The notes under the pieces: model-generated
The model's database searches: none
What the model was told of the DNA's origin: nothing
Seen by the model: only the letters and a program-made list of their open reading frames with translations
Shown here: piece by piece, positions 11,093 to 20,547 of the stretch
Layout: each line of letters begins with the position of its first letter
Numbering within the stretch: position 1 is the stretch's first letter
NCBI GenBank assembly: GCA_035541875.1
Contig: DATKML010000034.1
Span: forward strand, 56,367 to 120,366
Length of the DNA: 64,000 nt
Direction: 5' to 3'
From: Candidatus Binataceae bacterium
GTDB taxonomy: Bacteria > Desulfobacterota > Binatia > Binatales > Binataceae
Made by a program: the position numbers and the translations under genes

Positions 11093-12162
11093 TATTCACC
11101 TCGGAGGGCAGCCCCAGCCGCCATCCACCACTGCTCTGCCTGCAAGCGCGAATTCGCCATCGCATCGATCGCGGCATGCGCCTTCAGCGCCTGCTCTACC
11201 AGACCGGCAATCGCAGCGCTTTCGACTCGTACCGACAGCCGCGTCAGCATCGTAACGACTTCGGCGCTTGAAGAAGCAAATTCAGCGCGCAGCAGCTTGA
11301 AGCATAGCATCTCTTCAAGGACACGGGCGATTAGCTCGAAATTAGCGCTAGCCTGGTCCCGGGTCGCAAAGAATTCCTGCGCCAGCGCCTGCGCGCCGGC
11401 AAAATCCAACTCCCCGGAGCGGCTCAACGCTTCGATCAACTCTCGCTCGGGCGGTTCGTCGCCACTCGCCAATTCCATCGCACGCTGCACACTGCCCCGA
11501 GCCAGCCGAGCAGCGGTCATCGCCTTATCAGCGGCGATGCCTGCGCGATCGCGAAGAACCGACGCCACCTCGTCGGCTGTAAGCGGCGCGAAGCGGACAA
11601 TCCGCAGCCGCGAGCGGATCGTGTCGAGCAGCGCTCGTTCGTTATCGCTGACGAGAAAGAGCATCGTCTCGCCGGGCGGCTCTTCGAGCGTCTTCAGCAA
11701 CGCATTTTGTGCGGGCAGGTTCAGCGTTTCGGCATCGTCGAGAAGCGCGACGCGGCGTGCTCCACGCGAGGGTTTTACCCCGAGATGCGCAATTAGATCG
11801 CGCACCTGTTCGATTAGCACGTCGGACCGATTCGCAGCGCGCGCTACGTAGTTGAAATCCGGATGGACCCCGGTTGCAAGTTGGACGCATCCGGCGCAAC
11901 AGTCGCATCGCGGAGCCCGCGCCGCATTACGGCCACGCCCGGTCGCTGGTGGATTGCGCACCGGGCAATTCTCGACACGGCAACAAAACTCCGGCCCCGG
12001 GGTCCTCTCGCAAAGAATGAAGTGGGCCAGTCCAGTGGCGACGATCGCTTTGCCGACGCCACGCGGCCCGGTCAGCAGGTAGGCGTGCGAAGGACGCTGG
12101 ATGAGCTCGCGGGAGAGCCCAGCGATCAGCTCGCGATTCCCCCGAACGCCCCCGAGGCTCAT
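11092..12162 (-). CDS. holB: DNA polymerase III delta-prime subunit.
   Basis: It has an AAA+ clamp-loader fold with LLTGPRGVGKA Walker A, a CxxC zinc module and the SRLRIVRF sensor. It lies between tmk and yaaT. Confidence 0.85.
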   Translation of the reverse strand: MSLGGVRGNRELIAGLSRELIQRPSHAYLLTGPRGVGKAIVATGLAHFILCERTPGPEFCCRVENCPVRNPPATGRGRNAARAPRCDCCAGCVQLATGVHPDFNYVARAANRSDVLIEQVRDLIAHLGVKPSRGARRVALLDDAETLNLPAQNALLKTLEEPPGETMLFLVSDNERALLDTIRSRLRIVRFAPLTADEVASVLRDRAGIAADKAMTAARLARGSVQRAMELASGDEPPERELIEALSRSGELDFAGAQALAQEFFATRDQASANFELIARVLEEMLCFKLLRAEFASSSAEVVTMLTRLSVRVESAAIAGLVEQALKAHAAIDAMANSRLQAEQWWMAAGAALRGE

Positions 12163-12797
12163 GGCTTACCGGCCAATTTGATAACGGTCGCGAGAATCTC
12201 GGCGCTGATTTCCTCGGCGGGAAGAGTCGCGTCCAACAACCTGACCCGATCGGGCTCCTCGCGCGCCACAGTCAGGAAACCTTCACGCACGCGGCGATGG
12301 AACGCGAGCTGTTCGCCCTCGAAGCGATCAGGCACCTCGGTCGTCGTTTGGCGGGCCTTGGCTCGCGCCAATCCAACTTCAACCGGGCAATCGAGCACGA
12401 AAGTGAGGTTGGGCTTCATCGCGTCGCTCGCGAGATGGTTGAGATCGCGCACGAGCTTGAGATCAAAGCCACGACCGAACCCTTGATAGGCCATGGTCGA
12501 ATCGCAGTAGCGATCAGAGATAACGATCTCTCCAGCAGCTACCGCGGGACGCAACTTCTCGCGCACATGTTGAGCGCGGTCGGCGAGCACCAGTAACAAT
12601 TCAGAGGCCGGCGCCAAAGCAACCGCGGCATCGAGGAATATCGCCCTGATCGCTTCGCCGGCGCGGGTTCCACCCGGCTCGCGGGTTACGCTGGCCCGGT
12701 AACCGCGGGCGATTAGGGCGTCGGCGAGGATTCGCGCCTGGGTGGTTTTTCCCGAGCCCTCGACCCCTTCGAGCGTAATAAACAGTCCCCCTGCCAT
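12159..12797 (-). CDS. tmk: Thymidylate kinase.
   Basis: The P-loop is ITLEGVEGSGKTTQ, and a DRY motif is present. The protein is 212 aa. Confidence 0.9.
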   Translation of the reverse strand: MAGGLFITLEGVEGSGKTTQARILADALIARGYRASVTREPGGTRAGEAIRAIFLDAAVALAPASELLLVLADRAQHVREKLRPAVAAGEIVISDRYCDSTMAYQGFGRGFDLKLVRDLNHLASDAMKPNLTFVLDCPVEVGLARAKARQTTTEVPDRFEGEQLAFHRRVREGFLTVAREEPDRVRLLDATLPAEEISAEILATVIKLAGKP

Positions 12798-12810
12798 CGC
12801 CTTCCCACTG

Positions 12811-13668
12811 TTACCTTGAAAGATACCAGTTGGTCAGTTGAGGCTGAAACAGTGCAAAAATAGCGGCGGCCATCGCGAGAAAGGGCCCGAACGGCACTGC
12901 CGTCTGCAACATCGGTACGTCCTCGATGGGATCGTCGGCATGACGCGCGCCGGTTACTTCCGCGATCGCCTCGGGGATCTCCTCGTCGGGGAGCGGCGGC
13001 GCTCCACCGGCTATCGCAAAGGCGACTCCGCCGACCGCACCCAGAATCGACCCGACGAAGAGCGTGAAAATCACGCCCCACAGACCAAGAAAAGCTCCAG
13101 CCATCCCGAGCAGAAAGACGTCGCCTAGTCCGACCCCCTCCGCACCACGAACCAGCGAATAGAGGACGCCCGTCAGAAAGAGGAATCCCGCTCCTACCCC
13201 AATTCCGGCAAGTGAATCCTTCCAGCCGATCTCGGGCATCAAGAGCGACGCGGCAAGAAAGCCCAGCAGCATCCCCACGAAGGTGATCGCGTTATGGATA
13301 ACGCGCCAGTCGTAATCAATCAGCGCGACGACAAAGAGCGCGGCGCAAAAGCCAAAACGAGCCAGCGCGTCGCCGAGCGGAAAATGCAGATAGAAGTACA
13401 TCGCGGCCGAGGCCAACCCCAGTTCCGCTAGGAAGTAGCGAAAGCCGATGGGTGCGTTGCAGTCGGCGCAATGCCCACGAAGCGCCAGATAGGAGACGAT
13501 CGGAATATTGCGCCACGCCGGTATAGCCTTCTTGCAATGCGGACAGAAGGATCGCGGCTTCACGATCGAAAGCTCGCGCGGCAGACGATATGCGACGACG
13601 CCGACAAAACTGCCGATAGAAGCGCCGAAAATGAAGGCCAGCGCCGCGCCCAGTAAAGTAATAGCCAT
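12811..13668 (-). CDS. pilD: Type IV prepilin leader peptidase (A24 family, PilD-like).
   Basis: It has the tetracysteine N-terminal module CPHCKKAIPAWRNIPIVSYLALRGHCADC and multiple TM helices. The start is trimmed to the internal ATG at 13668, which is preceded by GGAGGGGG. Confidence 0.8.
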   Translation of the reverse strand: MAITLLGAALAFIFGASIGSFVGVVAYRLPRELSIVKPRSFCPHCKKAIPAWRNIPIVSYLALRGHCADCNAPIGFRYFLAELGLASAAMYFYLHFPLGDALARFGFCAALFVVALIDYDWRVIHNAITFVGMLLGFLAASLLMPEIGWKDSLAGIGVGAGFLFLTGVLYSLVRGAEGVGLGDVFLLGMAGAFLGLWGVIFTLFVGSILGAVGGVAFAIAGGAPPLPDEEIPEAIAEVTGARHADDPIEDVPMLQTAVPFGPFLAMAAAIFALFQPQLTNWYLSR

Positions 13669-13687
13669 CCCCCTCCGAAAGCCCCCT

Positions 13688-14086
13688 CTATGCCTCGCGG
13701 ACGATCGTGACACGAACGCTGCGCTCGCGCGGTCCGTCGAACTCCGCGAGCAACACGCCTTGCCATCGCCCGAGCGCGAGCTTGCCATCCTCGATTGGCA
13801 GATTCAGCGATACGCCCAGCATCACGGACAGGATGTGCGCCTGTGAGTTACCCTCGGAGTGCCGATAGTCTCCTTCGCGAGGCACCAACTGCTGAAGATG
13901 CTGCAGCAGGTCGAGGGTGACGTCAGGGTCCCAGTTCTCCGAGACGATCAATGCGGCCGTCGTATGTGGAGTGAACAGATTGCAGAGCCCGTTCGCAACG
14001 CCGCTGCTCGCGACCACCTGATGGACAGTCTGGGTTATATCGACCAGCGCCACGCGCGCCGAGGTTTTAACTTTGAATTCGCGCAC
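13688..14086 (-). CDS. YjbQ/UPF0047 family protein (secondary thiamine-phosphate synthase-like).
   Basis: It is 132 aa and shows the family motifs TTAALIVSENWDPDV and GDYRHSEGNSQAHI. Confidence 0.75.
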   Translation of the reverse strand: MREFKVKTSARVALVDITQTVHQVVASSGVANGLCNLFTPHTTAALIVSENWDPDVTLDLLQHLQQLVPREGDYRHSEGNSQAHILSVMLGVSLNLPIEDGKLALGRWQGVLLAEFDGPRERSVRVTIVREA

Positions 14087-14182
14087 AATTAAGCCCTGCG
14101 CACTTCCGTCCCGCCGGGTCAGTGCGCCGATAAAATAGCTTACGTCCGCAGCCGGAATCGTTCTACCAGCTTTTTTTCGCGG

Positions 14183-15016
14183 CTACTTTTGGCATCGAGG
14201 GCAGTAGAAGCTCGAGCGCTGGCCCACGACGACGGATCTAATCGGCGTCGCGCAGGTAACGCAGGGCTTGCCCTCACGATCGTAGACCTGCAACTGCTGC
14301 GCATAGCGGCCGGGGCGGCCCTGCGAATCGCGATAGTTGCGAAAGGTCGTGCCGCCGGAGCCGATCGCCTCGCGCAGGACCTGCGGAGTGATCGCGGCAA
14401 TCTTTTCCATCTCGGCGCGGGTCACTTTGCCAGCGCGTCGAGTCGGTCTCACCTTGGCGCGAAAGAGAATCTCGGAAGCGTAGATATTGCCGACACCGGC
14501 GACGATCCTCTGATCCATGATGAAATTCTTGATCGCGTTTTTACGACCCCGCGAGAGTTGCCAGAGGTAGTCGGCGTTGAAATCGTCGCCGAATGGCTCA
14601 GGACCGGTCGCAGCGAGCTCGGCGATCGAGTCGAGCTCGCCGGGTTCCAACAGCCTCAACAAACCAAAGCGACGCGGATCGTTGTAGACCAGCCAGGTAC
14701 CATCATCGAGGACGAACGTCACGTGATCGTGCCGCGGATCGAAGCCCTCTGCCTCAGGGGTTTCCCTTCGATGAGTCAGGCTGCCGGTCATCCCCAGATG
14801 GACCATCAGGATGCGATCGTTGTGGAGCTCGATGAGCAAATACTTCGCACGGCGGGAAACGCGCTCGATCCGAGCGCCGCCGATCCGCGTCGGCAAGTCC
14901 GCCTGCACCCGACGGCGCAGTCGCGGCTCCGCAATAGTCGCCTCAACAAAGCTGCGGCCGCTCACGGTGCGCGCCAGGATTTGGCGCAGCGATTCGACTT
15001 CCGGCAGTTCAGGCAT
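14183..15016 (-). CDS. mutM: Formamidopyrimidine-DNA glycosylase.
   Basis: The N-terminus is the canonical MPELPEVE, the family's hallmark N-terminal sequence. The C-terminal zinc finger is CPRCQK. The start is trimmed to the internal ATG at 15016, giving an 8-nt overlap with the rsmA stop. Confidence 0.9.
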   Translation of the reverse strand: MPELPEVESLRQILARTVSGRSFVEATIAEPRLRRRVQADLPTRIGGARIERVSRRAKYLLIELHNDRILMVHLGMTGSLTHRRETPEAEGFDPRHDHVTFVLDDGTWLVYNDPRRFGLLRLLEPGELDSIAELAATGPEPFGDDFNADYLWQLSRGRKNAIKNFIMDQRIVAGVGNIYASEILFRAKVRPTRRAGKVTRAEMEKIAAITPQVLREAIGSGGTTFRNYRDSQGRPGRYAQQLQVYDREGKPCVTCATPIRSVVVGQRSSFYCPRCQK

Positions 15017-15893
15017 CGCAGGAATCCAACAGCAGGCCATTATGCTTGAGCGCGCGGGCGAGCCGAATGAAATCCGCAACGGCAAGCACGCCCGGCCGTA
15101 ACGACGGATCGATCGCCGCTTCGAGCAGTGACGACTCCGCCGCGGCAGTGCTCACGTGCAACCCACCAGCGAGCGAATTACGCATTGTCTTGCGCGGTGC
15201 CGAGAACGAAGCGCGAATCGTCGCGCGGATAGCGTCCTCCTCGGCGTCAGACCAAGCTGGCGCTCGCGGGATGAAGACCAGAACTTCCGCATCGATTTTC
15301 GGCTTCGGGTGGAAATTCCCCGCGGCTACTCGAAAATGCTCGATAACTTCCCAGTAGAGCGCCGTGAAGGCGCTGAGCGCGCCGTAGTCAGAATCGCCGG
15401 GGCGAGCGCGAATCCGATCGGCAACTTCCCGCTGGAACATCAGAACCATCCGCGAGATCTTCCGCGAGAACGCACAGACGCGTTCGAGGATTGCCGCCGC
15501 AACATTAAAGGGGAGATTGCCGATTATTTTGACCGGCGACCGAATAACGTCCTCAAGGTCGATGTGTAGAAAATCCTGATTTATCAGGGTCACGCGCGTG
15601 TCTGATTGAAGGCGTTCGTTAAGTCTCGCCGCCAGGTGGGAATCAAGCTCGACCAAAGTCAGCGATCCGAACCGGCCGGCGACAATCTGGTCAGTCAGGA
15701 TTCCCAACCCGGGACCGATTTCGATAACCGCGTCGTCAGGTTCAATCGAGGCCGCACCGACGATTCGCTCCGCAATGGCGGCTTGCGTCAGAAAGTTCTG
15801 GCCGCGCGATTTGCGAGGCCGTACCCCGACCTCCGCCAGCGCCGATCGCGGGCAGAGTGCGGAGGTTGGCGCATCTGGATGATCAGAGGGCAA
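15009..15893 (-). CDS. rsmA: 16S rRNA (adenine1518/1519-N6)-dimethyltransferase.
   Basis: It shows GQNFL and IEIGPGLG SAM-binding motifs and the NLPFN catalytic motif. Confidence 0.9.
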   Translation of the reverse strand: MPSDHPDAPTSALCPRSALAEVGVRPRKSRGQNFLTQAAIAERIVGAASIEPDDAVIEIGPGLGILTDQIVAGRFGSLTLVELDSHLAARLNERLQSDTRVTLINQDFLHIDLEDVIRSPVKIIGNLPFNVAAAILERVCAFSRKISRMVLMFQREVADRIRARPGDSDYGALSAFTALYWEVIEHFRVAAGNFHPKPKIDAEVLVFIPRAPAWSDAEEDAIRATIRASFSAPRKTMRNSLAGGLHVSTAAAESSLLEAAIDPSLRPGVLAVADFIRLARALKHNGLLLDSCDA

Positions 15894-16887
15894 GGTTGGC
15901 TTCGGCGTCGATCGAGAGCGGATCGCGTTCGCCGCGCAGCAGGCGATAGCTGCCGGCGGCCGCGATCATCGCGGCATTGTCGGTGCAGTACTTGAACGAC
16001 GGGGCGACCAGCCTGCGACCGTCCGCCTCTGCGGCCTCCGCCAGGCGTGTGCGTAAGCGGGAATTCGCTGCGACACCACCCGTGAGTGCAATCGTGTTCG
16101 CGTCGACCTCGCGCGCCGCCACCATCGTTGGACGCACGAGCATCTCGACCACGGCCTCCTGGAAGCTCGCTGCCAGATCAGCGTGAGGCAGTGCCGCGCC
16201 TTCCTCGGTCCGCAGCATCGTCGCAACCGCGGTTTTCACCCCGCTAAAGCTGAAATCGAGCGGCGCGCCTTTGACCCGTGCGCGCGGGATCTTCACTCGC
16301 TTCTGATTACCCTCGCGCGAAAGCTCGTCGATAATCTTGCCGCCCGGATAGCCGAGACCCATCAGCTTCGCGACCTTATCGAAGGCTTCCCCCGCCGCAT
16401 CATCGCGAGTCGATCCAAGCCGCCGATAGCGTCCGAAATCCTCCACGACAAAGAGCGCCGTGTGCCCTCCCGACACGACGAGCGCCAGATACGGCATCGC
16501 GATTTCGTATTCGAGCAGCGGCGCCAGCAGATGCCCCTCGATATGATTTACGCCGACCATCGGGATACCCGTCGCATGGGCGAGCGCCTTGGCATACATC
16601 AGGCCGACCAGCAGCGACCCGACGAGACCCGGACCGCGCGTCACCGCGATACCCTCGACATCCTGCAAGCGCCATCCGGCCGCATCGAGAGCGCGCTCGA
16701 CTACGGGTTGAATCGTGATGACGTGATTGCGCGAGGCGAGCTCTGGCACGATTCCGCCGTACGCGCGATGGATATCGTCCTGATTCGCGACCGCACTGGC
16801 CCGTACGGTCACGATACCGGGCCGGTCAGTCTCAATTGCTGCCGCAGCAGCATCGTCGCATGAAGATTCAATTCCAAGGATTCGCAT
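15883..16887 (-). CDS. tsaD: tRNA N6-adenosine threonylcarbamoyltransferase.
   Basis: The N-terminus is MRILGIESSCDD and the metal-binding pattern is HxxGH. The listed ORF begins 4 codons earlier at a TTG. Confidence 0.9.
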   Translation of the reverse strand: MRILGIESSCDDAAAAAIETDRPGIVTVRASAVANQDDIHRAYGGIVPELASRNHVITIQPVVERALDAAGWRLQDVEGIAVTRGPGLVGSLLVGLMYAKALAHATGIPMVGVNHIEGHLLAPLLEYEIAMPYLALVVSGGHTALFVVEDFGRYRRLGSTRDDAAGEAFDKVAKLMGLGYPGGKIIDELSREGNQKRVKIPRARVKGAPLDFSFSGVKTAVATMLRTEEGAALPHADLAASFQEAVVEMLVRPTMVAAREVDANTIALTGGVAANSRLRTRLAEAAEADGRRLVAPSFKYCTDNAAMIAAAGSYRLLRGERDPLSIDAEANLAL

Positions 16888-16988
16888 ATGCTTAACCAAC
16901 CAGACCGCTTCGCGTTGCTGCCTACACTACGCGCGCAAATTCGCTCAGTTGGGATGACAGCAAGAGCGACGTTACTTCCGCTGTCTTC

Positions 16989-17048
16989 CATTTGTCATCC
17001 TGAGCCGACGAGCGAAGGCGAGTCGTGTCGAAGGATCTACGCGAAGCG
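16989..17048 (+). repeat. Miniature dispersed repeat, copy 1: CATTTGTCATCCTGAGCC, then a variable hairpin of about 24 nt, then AAGGATCTACGCGAAGCG.
   Basis: It is directly alignable to inverted copies at 37538-37596 and 38795-38860. In one frame it translates to CHPEPTSEGES, the hallmark of the widespread CHPERSEGSAF-type repeat family. Confidence 0.75.
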
Positions 17049-17175
17049 ATTCGCCGATGCCACGCAGCGTACATAGTGAGTGGGGGCTGCTGCAATTGTT
17101 GCGCTGGACGTTTGCACAGCTCGTTGACTGTCGACTAATTGATTCCCTCAACTCGACGCGAGTGAGGCGCTATCA

Positions 17176-18144
17176 ATGAAAGCAATCCAGTTTGACCATT
17201 TGGGCGGCCCCGAGGTGATGGAGCTGCGGGAAATACCGAAACCCGAGCTGAAGCCCGGCACGGTAATCGTGAAGAACCACGTTATCGCAATCAACTTCGG
17301 CGATATCTTCTTCACGCGGGGCGAGTACCTGGTCAAACCGGTCTTTCCCGATACGCCCGGGATGGAAGCGGCCGGCGTTATCGAGGAGGTCGCACCCGAC
17401 GTTAAGGGGCTTAAGCCCGGGACGCGCGTCGCCTATATCGGGATGGGTGCCTATGCCGACTACACGCGGATTCGCGGTAATCGCGTGATTCCTATCCCCG
17501 ATGAGCTCAGCTTTGAGCAGGCTGCGGCCTTTCCGATCGCGGTGTTGACCGCATGGCATATGATCCGCACTTCCCATCAGGTAGAGCCGGGTCAGGTCGT
17601 GATCATCCATTCGGCGGCCGGCGGCGTCGGCCTCGCGGCGGTCCAACTCGCCAAGGCTTACGGGGCACGCGTCATTGGCACGGTCTCCAGCGATGCAAAG
17701 ATCCCAATCGTAAAGGAGTACGGCGCCGACGAAGTAATCAACTACGAAACCCAGGACTTCGCCCAGGAGGCGCTGCGCCTGACCAACAATCGCGGCGTCG
17801 ATCTGATCCTCGATGCGGTCGGCAAACCCACCTTCCAAAAGGGTCTGAGCTGCCTTGCGATGTTCGGTCATCTGATCCTGTACGGACGTGCGGGCGGAAT
17901 CCCGGACAAGCTCGATGTGCTGAGCCTGTTTCCCAAGGCGTTGAAGGTCAGCGGATGGGCTATCCCGATGGTCTATCAGTATCACGATATCCATCAGCGC
18001 GGTCTTCAAGATGTCTTCCGCCTCTCGCGCGAGGGCAAGCTGCGCGTTCCGGTGGGGCAGAAGTTTCCGCTGAGCGAGGCTGTCGCGGCCCATCAGCTGA
18101 TGCTCTCGCGGCAATCTGTGGGCAAGCTCCTGCTGATTCCCTAG
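17176..18144 (+). CDS. qor: NADPH:quinone oxidoreductase (zinc-independent MDR family).
   Basis: It has an MDR fold with the AAGGVG nucleotide-binding motif and is 322 aa. Confidence 0.85.
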   Translation: MKAIQFDHLGGPEVMELREIPKPELKPGTVIVKNHVIAINFGDIFFTRGEYLVKPVFPDTPGMEAAGVIEEVAPDVKGLKPGTRVAYIGMGAYADYTRIRGNRVIPIPDELSFEQAAAFPIAVLTAWHMIRTSHQVEPGQVVIIHSAAGGVGLAAVQLAKAYGARVIGTVSSDAKIPIVKEYGADEVINYETQDFAQEALRLTNNRGVDLILDAVGKPTFQKGLSCLAMFGHLILYGRAGGIPDKLDVLSLFPKALKVSGWAIPMVYQYHDIHQRGLQDVFRLSREGKLRVPVGQKFPLSEAVAAHQLMLSRQSVGKLLLIP

Positions 18145-18244
18145 ACCTCTATCAACAGGATGCAGGGGTGTCCTGCTCCGTCACCGCTAACTATTGATAG
18201 CTGGCCTTGCTGGCCGCAGACCGAAGGTGATACTCTTCTCTTCG

Positions 18245-18265
18245 TGGGCTGCGGCCCATTTTTTG
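18245..18265 (+). terminator. Short GC hairpin (TGGGC-TGCG-GCCCA) plus a T6 tract downstream of qor.
   Basis: The stem-loop is directly followed by TTTTTT. Confidence 0.4.
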
Positions 18266-18348
18266 TTGGTTCGCGCGTTTGCTCCCGGGACATCGAGAAT
18301 TTCGCGCTTGCGCTGGGGGCGAACCAGTAAGGATACGGGTGCGACCCG

Positions 18349-18831
18349 GTGATGGTGCTACAGCTTAGTCCGGTGGCGAAAAAGGTGGTCGAATTGATCG
18401 AGCCACATATCGAGCGGCAAGGCTTCGAGCTCGTGAGCGTCGAGTTCCATAAAGGAACGCGCTCATCGCTCCTGCGTTTGCTGATTGATCGCCCTGAGGG
18501 CGGCATCTCGCTGAGCGATCTGGAGAAACTGAGCCCGATCGTCGGCGATCTGCTCGATGTGTACGACCCTGTCGAGGGCCGTTACACGCTGGAGCTCGCC
18601 TCACCTGGAATCAACCGGCCGCTGATGAAGCTGAAGGAGTTTCAGGCGCATATTGGGCGGCGGATCAAAGTCCGTACTCTTGTACCGCGGGCCGGTCGTA
18701 AAAACTTCGAGGGCGTGTTGGCTGCGGTGAAAGCCGACGGGATTGAACTTGACGACGCCCTCAGCGGCGAACGCGCAAGTTTCGGTTTCGCCGAGATCAA
18801 AGGAGCCAACTACGAGCATCAATTTGAATAG
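18349..18831 (+). CDS. rimP: Ribosome maturation factor RimP.
   Basis: It is a 160-aa DUF150-type protein immediately upstream of nusA, which is the conserved operon position. Confidence 0.85.
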   Translation: MMVLQLSPVAKKVVELIEPHIERQGFELVSVEFHKGTRSSLLRLLIDRPEGGISLSDLEKLSPIVGDLLDVYDPVEGRYTLELASPGINRPLMKLKEFQAHIGRRIKVRTLVPRAGRKNFEGVLAAVKADGIELDDALSGERASFGFAEIKGANYEHQFE

Positions 18832-18900
18832 GATGTCGGGAGTTCATCAGTTGAAGACTAACGACAACGCGGCCCGTAGGGTGTCGCCGCGGGAGGCAAT

Positions 18901-20262
18901 ATGGCGGTCGATCTAAACCGCGTGATTGAGCAGGTCTCAAAGGAAAAGGGTATCGACAAGGCAATCGTCGTTAGCGCGGTCGAGGAGATGATGCATTCGG
19001 CGGCCCGCCGGACCTTTGGCGCCGAGCGCAATATCGAATCGCGTTTCAACGCCGATTTGGGCGAAGTCGAACTGTTCGAGATCAAGACCGTCGTCGAGCG
19101 GGTGGCCAACCCGAGTTCCGAAGTTGAACTCGAAGATGCTCACACCAAGTACGATCCCGATGCGCAGGTCGGTGACGAAATCCTTATCAAGCTCGACACC
19201 GCGACGATGGGCCGTATCGCGGCGCAGGCGGCCAAACAGAACCTGATTCAGCATATCCGTGACGCCGAGCGTCGGCAGATCTACAACGAATTCAAGGATC
19301 GCAAGGAAGAGGTCGTCTCCGGTATCGTTCAGCGCTTCGAGCGCAAGAACATGATCGTTAACCTTGGCCGGACCGAGGCGATTCTGCCCGAAAAGGAACA
19401 GATCCCGCACGAGCGCTACCGCCAGGGTGATCGTATCCGCGCGGTTATCCTGGAGGTCGACCTCTCGGAGAAAGGTCTCGCGATCATTCTTTCGCGTACG
19501 GCCAATCTCTTCCTGGTCAAACTGTTCGAGCAGGAAGTACCCGAGATGTACGAGGGTATCGTCGAGATTCGCCAGTGCGCGCGCGAACCGGGTGGTCGCG
19601 CCAAAGTCGCAGTCTATTCAAAGGATAGCGACGTCGATCCGGTCGGCGCCTGCGTCGGGATGAAGGGGACGCGTGTCCAATCCGTCGTGCAGGAATTGCG
19701 CGGCGAGAAAATCGATATCGTGCCCTGGACCGACGATCAGGCCGAACTCGTCTGCCGTGCCCTCGCCCCGGCCAAGGTCTCCAAAGTGATAATCGACGAG
19801 GACGACCATGCGATGGAAGTCATTGTCCCCGACGATCAGCTTTCCCTCGCGATCGGCAAGCGCGGCCAGAACGTTCGGCTGGCCCATCGGCTGTCCGGAT
19901 GGAAGCTCGATGTCCGCAGCGACTCCGAGGCCGAAGAAGAGGCCCGCAATGCCCGCGCGTCGTTGAACGCGATCCCGGGAATCGGCGATATCAACGCCGA
20001 GTTGCTCTATCAGTGGGGTTTCCGCTCGGCCGAGCAGCTGGCTGAGGCGAACGAAGAAACGTTTGAGGTCGAAGGCATCACGCCCGAGCGTGCCAGCCAG
20101 CTAATCCATGCCGCGCGCGAGTGGGTCGTGACCCGCAGGCGGCTTGAAGAGGAAAAGGCGGCCCAAGCGGCCGCGAACGATGAGGCGGCCGAGGGCGATA
20201 CGGCCGAGACTGCGGAAGAAGGAACCGAAGAAGTTGCGTCTGATGCGGGAGCGAAAGCCTAA
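18901..20262 (+). CDS. nusA: Transcription termination/antitermination factor NusA.
   Basis: It has the S1 and KH domains and the C-terminal acidic repeats. The protein is 453 aa. Confidence 0.95.
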   Translation: MAVDLNRVIEQVSKEKGIDKAIVVSAVEEMMHSAARRTFGAERNIESRFNADLGEVELFEIKTVVERVANPSSEVELEDAHTKYDPDAQVGDEILIKLDTATMGRIAAQAAKQNLIQHIRDAERRQIYNEFKDRKEEVVSGIVQRFERKNMIVNLGRTEAILPEKEQIPHERYRQGDRIRAVILEVDLSEKGLAIILSRTANLFLVKLFEQEVPEMYEGIVEIRQCAREPGGRAKVAVYSKDSDVDPVGACVGMKGTRVQSVVQELRGEKIDIVPWTDDQAELVCRALAPAKVSKVIIDEDDHAMEVIVPDDQLSLAIGKRGQNVRLAHRLSGWKLDVRSDSEAEEEARNARASLNAIPGIGDINAELLYQWGFRSAEQLAEANEETFEVEGITPERASQLIHAAREWVVTRRRLEEEKAAQAAANDEAAEGDTAETAEEGTEEVASDAGAKA

Positions 20263-20272
20263 GCCAATCCGC

Positions 20273-20542
20273 ATGTGCATTGGATGTAATCAGCGGGATG
20301 CGCAGGACGCGATGCTCCGGATTGCGATCGCGTACAGCGCCCCCGTGGTTGATAATGAGCGGCGACTTCCGGGACGTGGCGGCTACCTCCATCGCGAGAC
20401 GGCTTGCCTGGAAAAGTTTGCCCGTAGCAAAGTCAGGGAATTTCGCTCGCTTCGGCGTGCGTTAACAGTGAATGAAAGAAGGCAGCTGGTCGATTCAATC
20501 GGCCGTTGCGCTGGTCAGTTTAAGACGGCAGGGATAAGATAA
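20273..20542 (+). CDS. ylxR: YlxR/DUF448 RNA-binding protein.
   Basis: It begins MCIGCNQR, a zinc-ribbon-like start typical of YlxR, and lies between nusA and infB. The listed ORF is N-extended across the nusA 3-prime end. Confidence 0.7.
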   Translation: MCIGCNQRDAQDAMLRIAIAYSAPVVDNERRLPGRGGYLHRETACLEKFARSKVREFRSLRRALTVNERRQLVDSIGRCAGQFKTAGIR

Positions 20543-20547
20543 TAACG

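Noticed and set aside
11078-11851. 257-aa plus-strand ORF rich in A/S/R
   Set aside because: It lies entirely antisense to holB. The biased composition is typical of a high-GC antisense frame, and there is no RBS or domain.
14189-15049. 286-aa plus-strand ORF
   Set aside because: It is antisense to mutM and rsmA, with an R/A-rich junk composition.
17173-18114. 313-aa minus-strand ORF
   Set aside because: It is antisense to the well-supported qor gene. It has no RBS and no domain signal.
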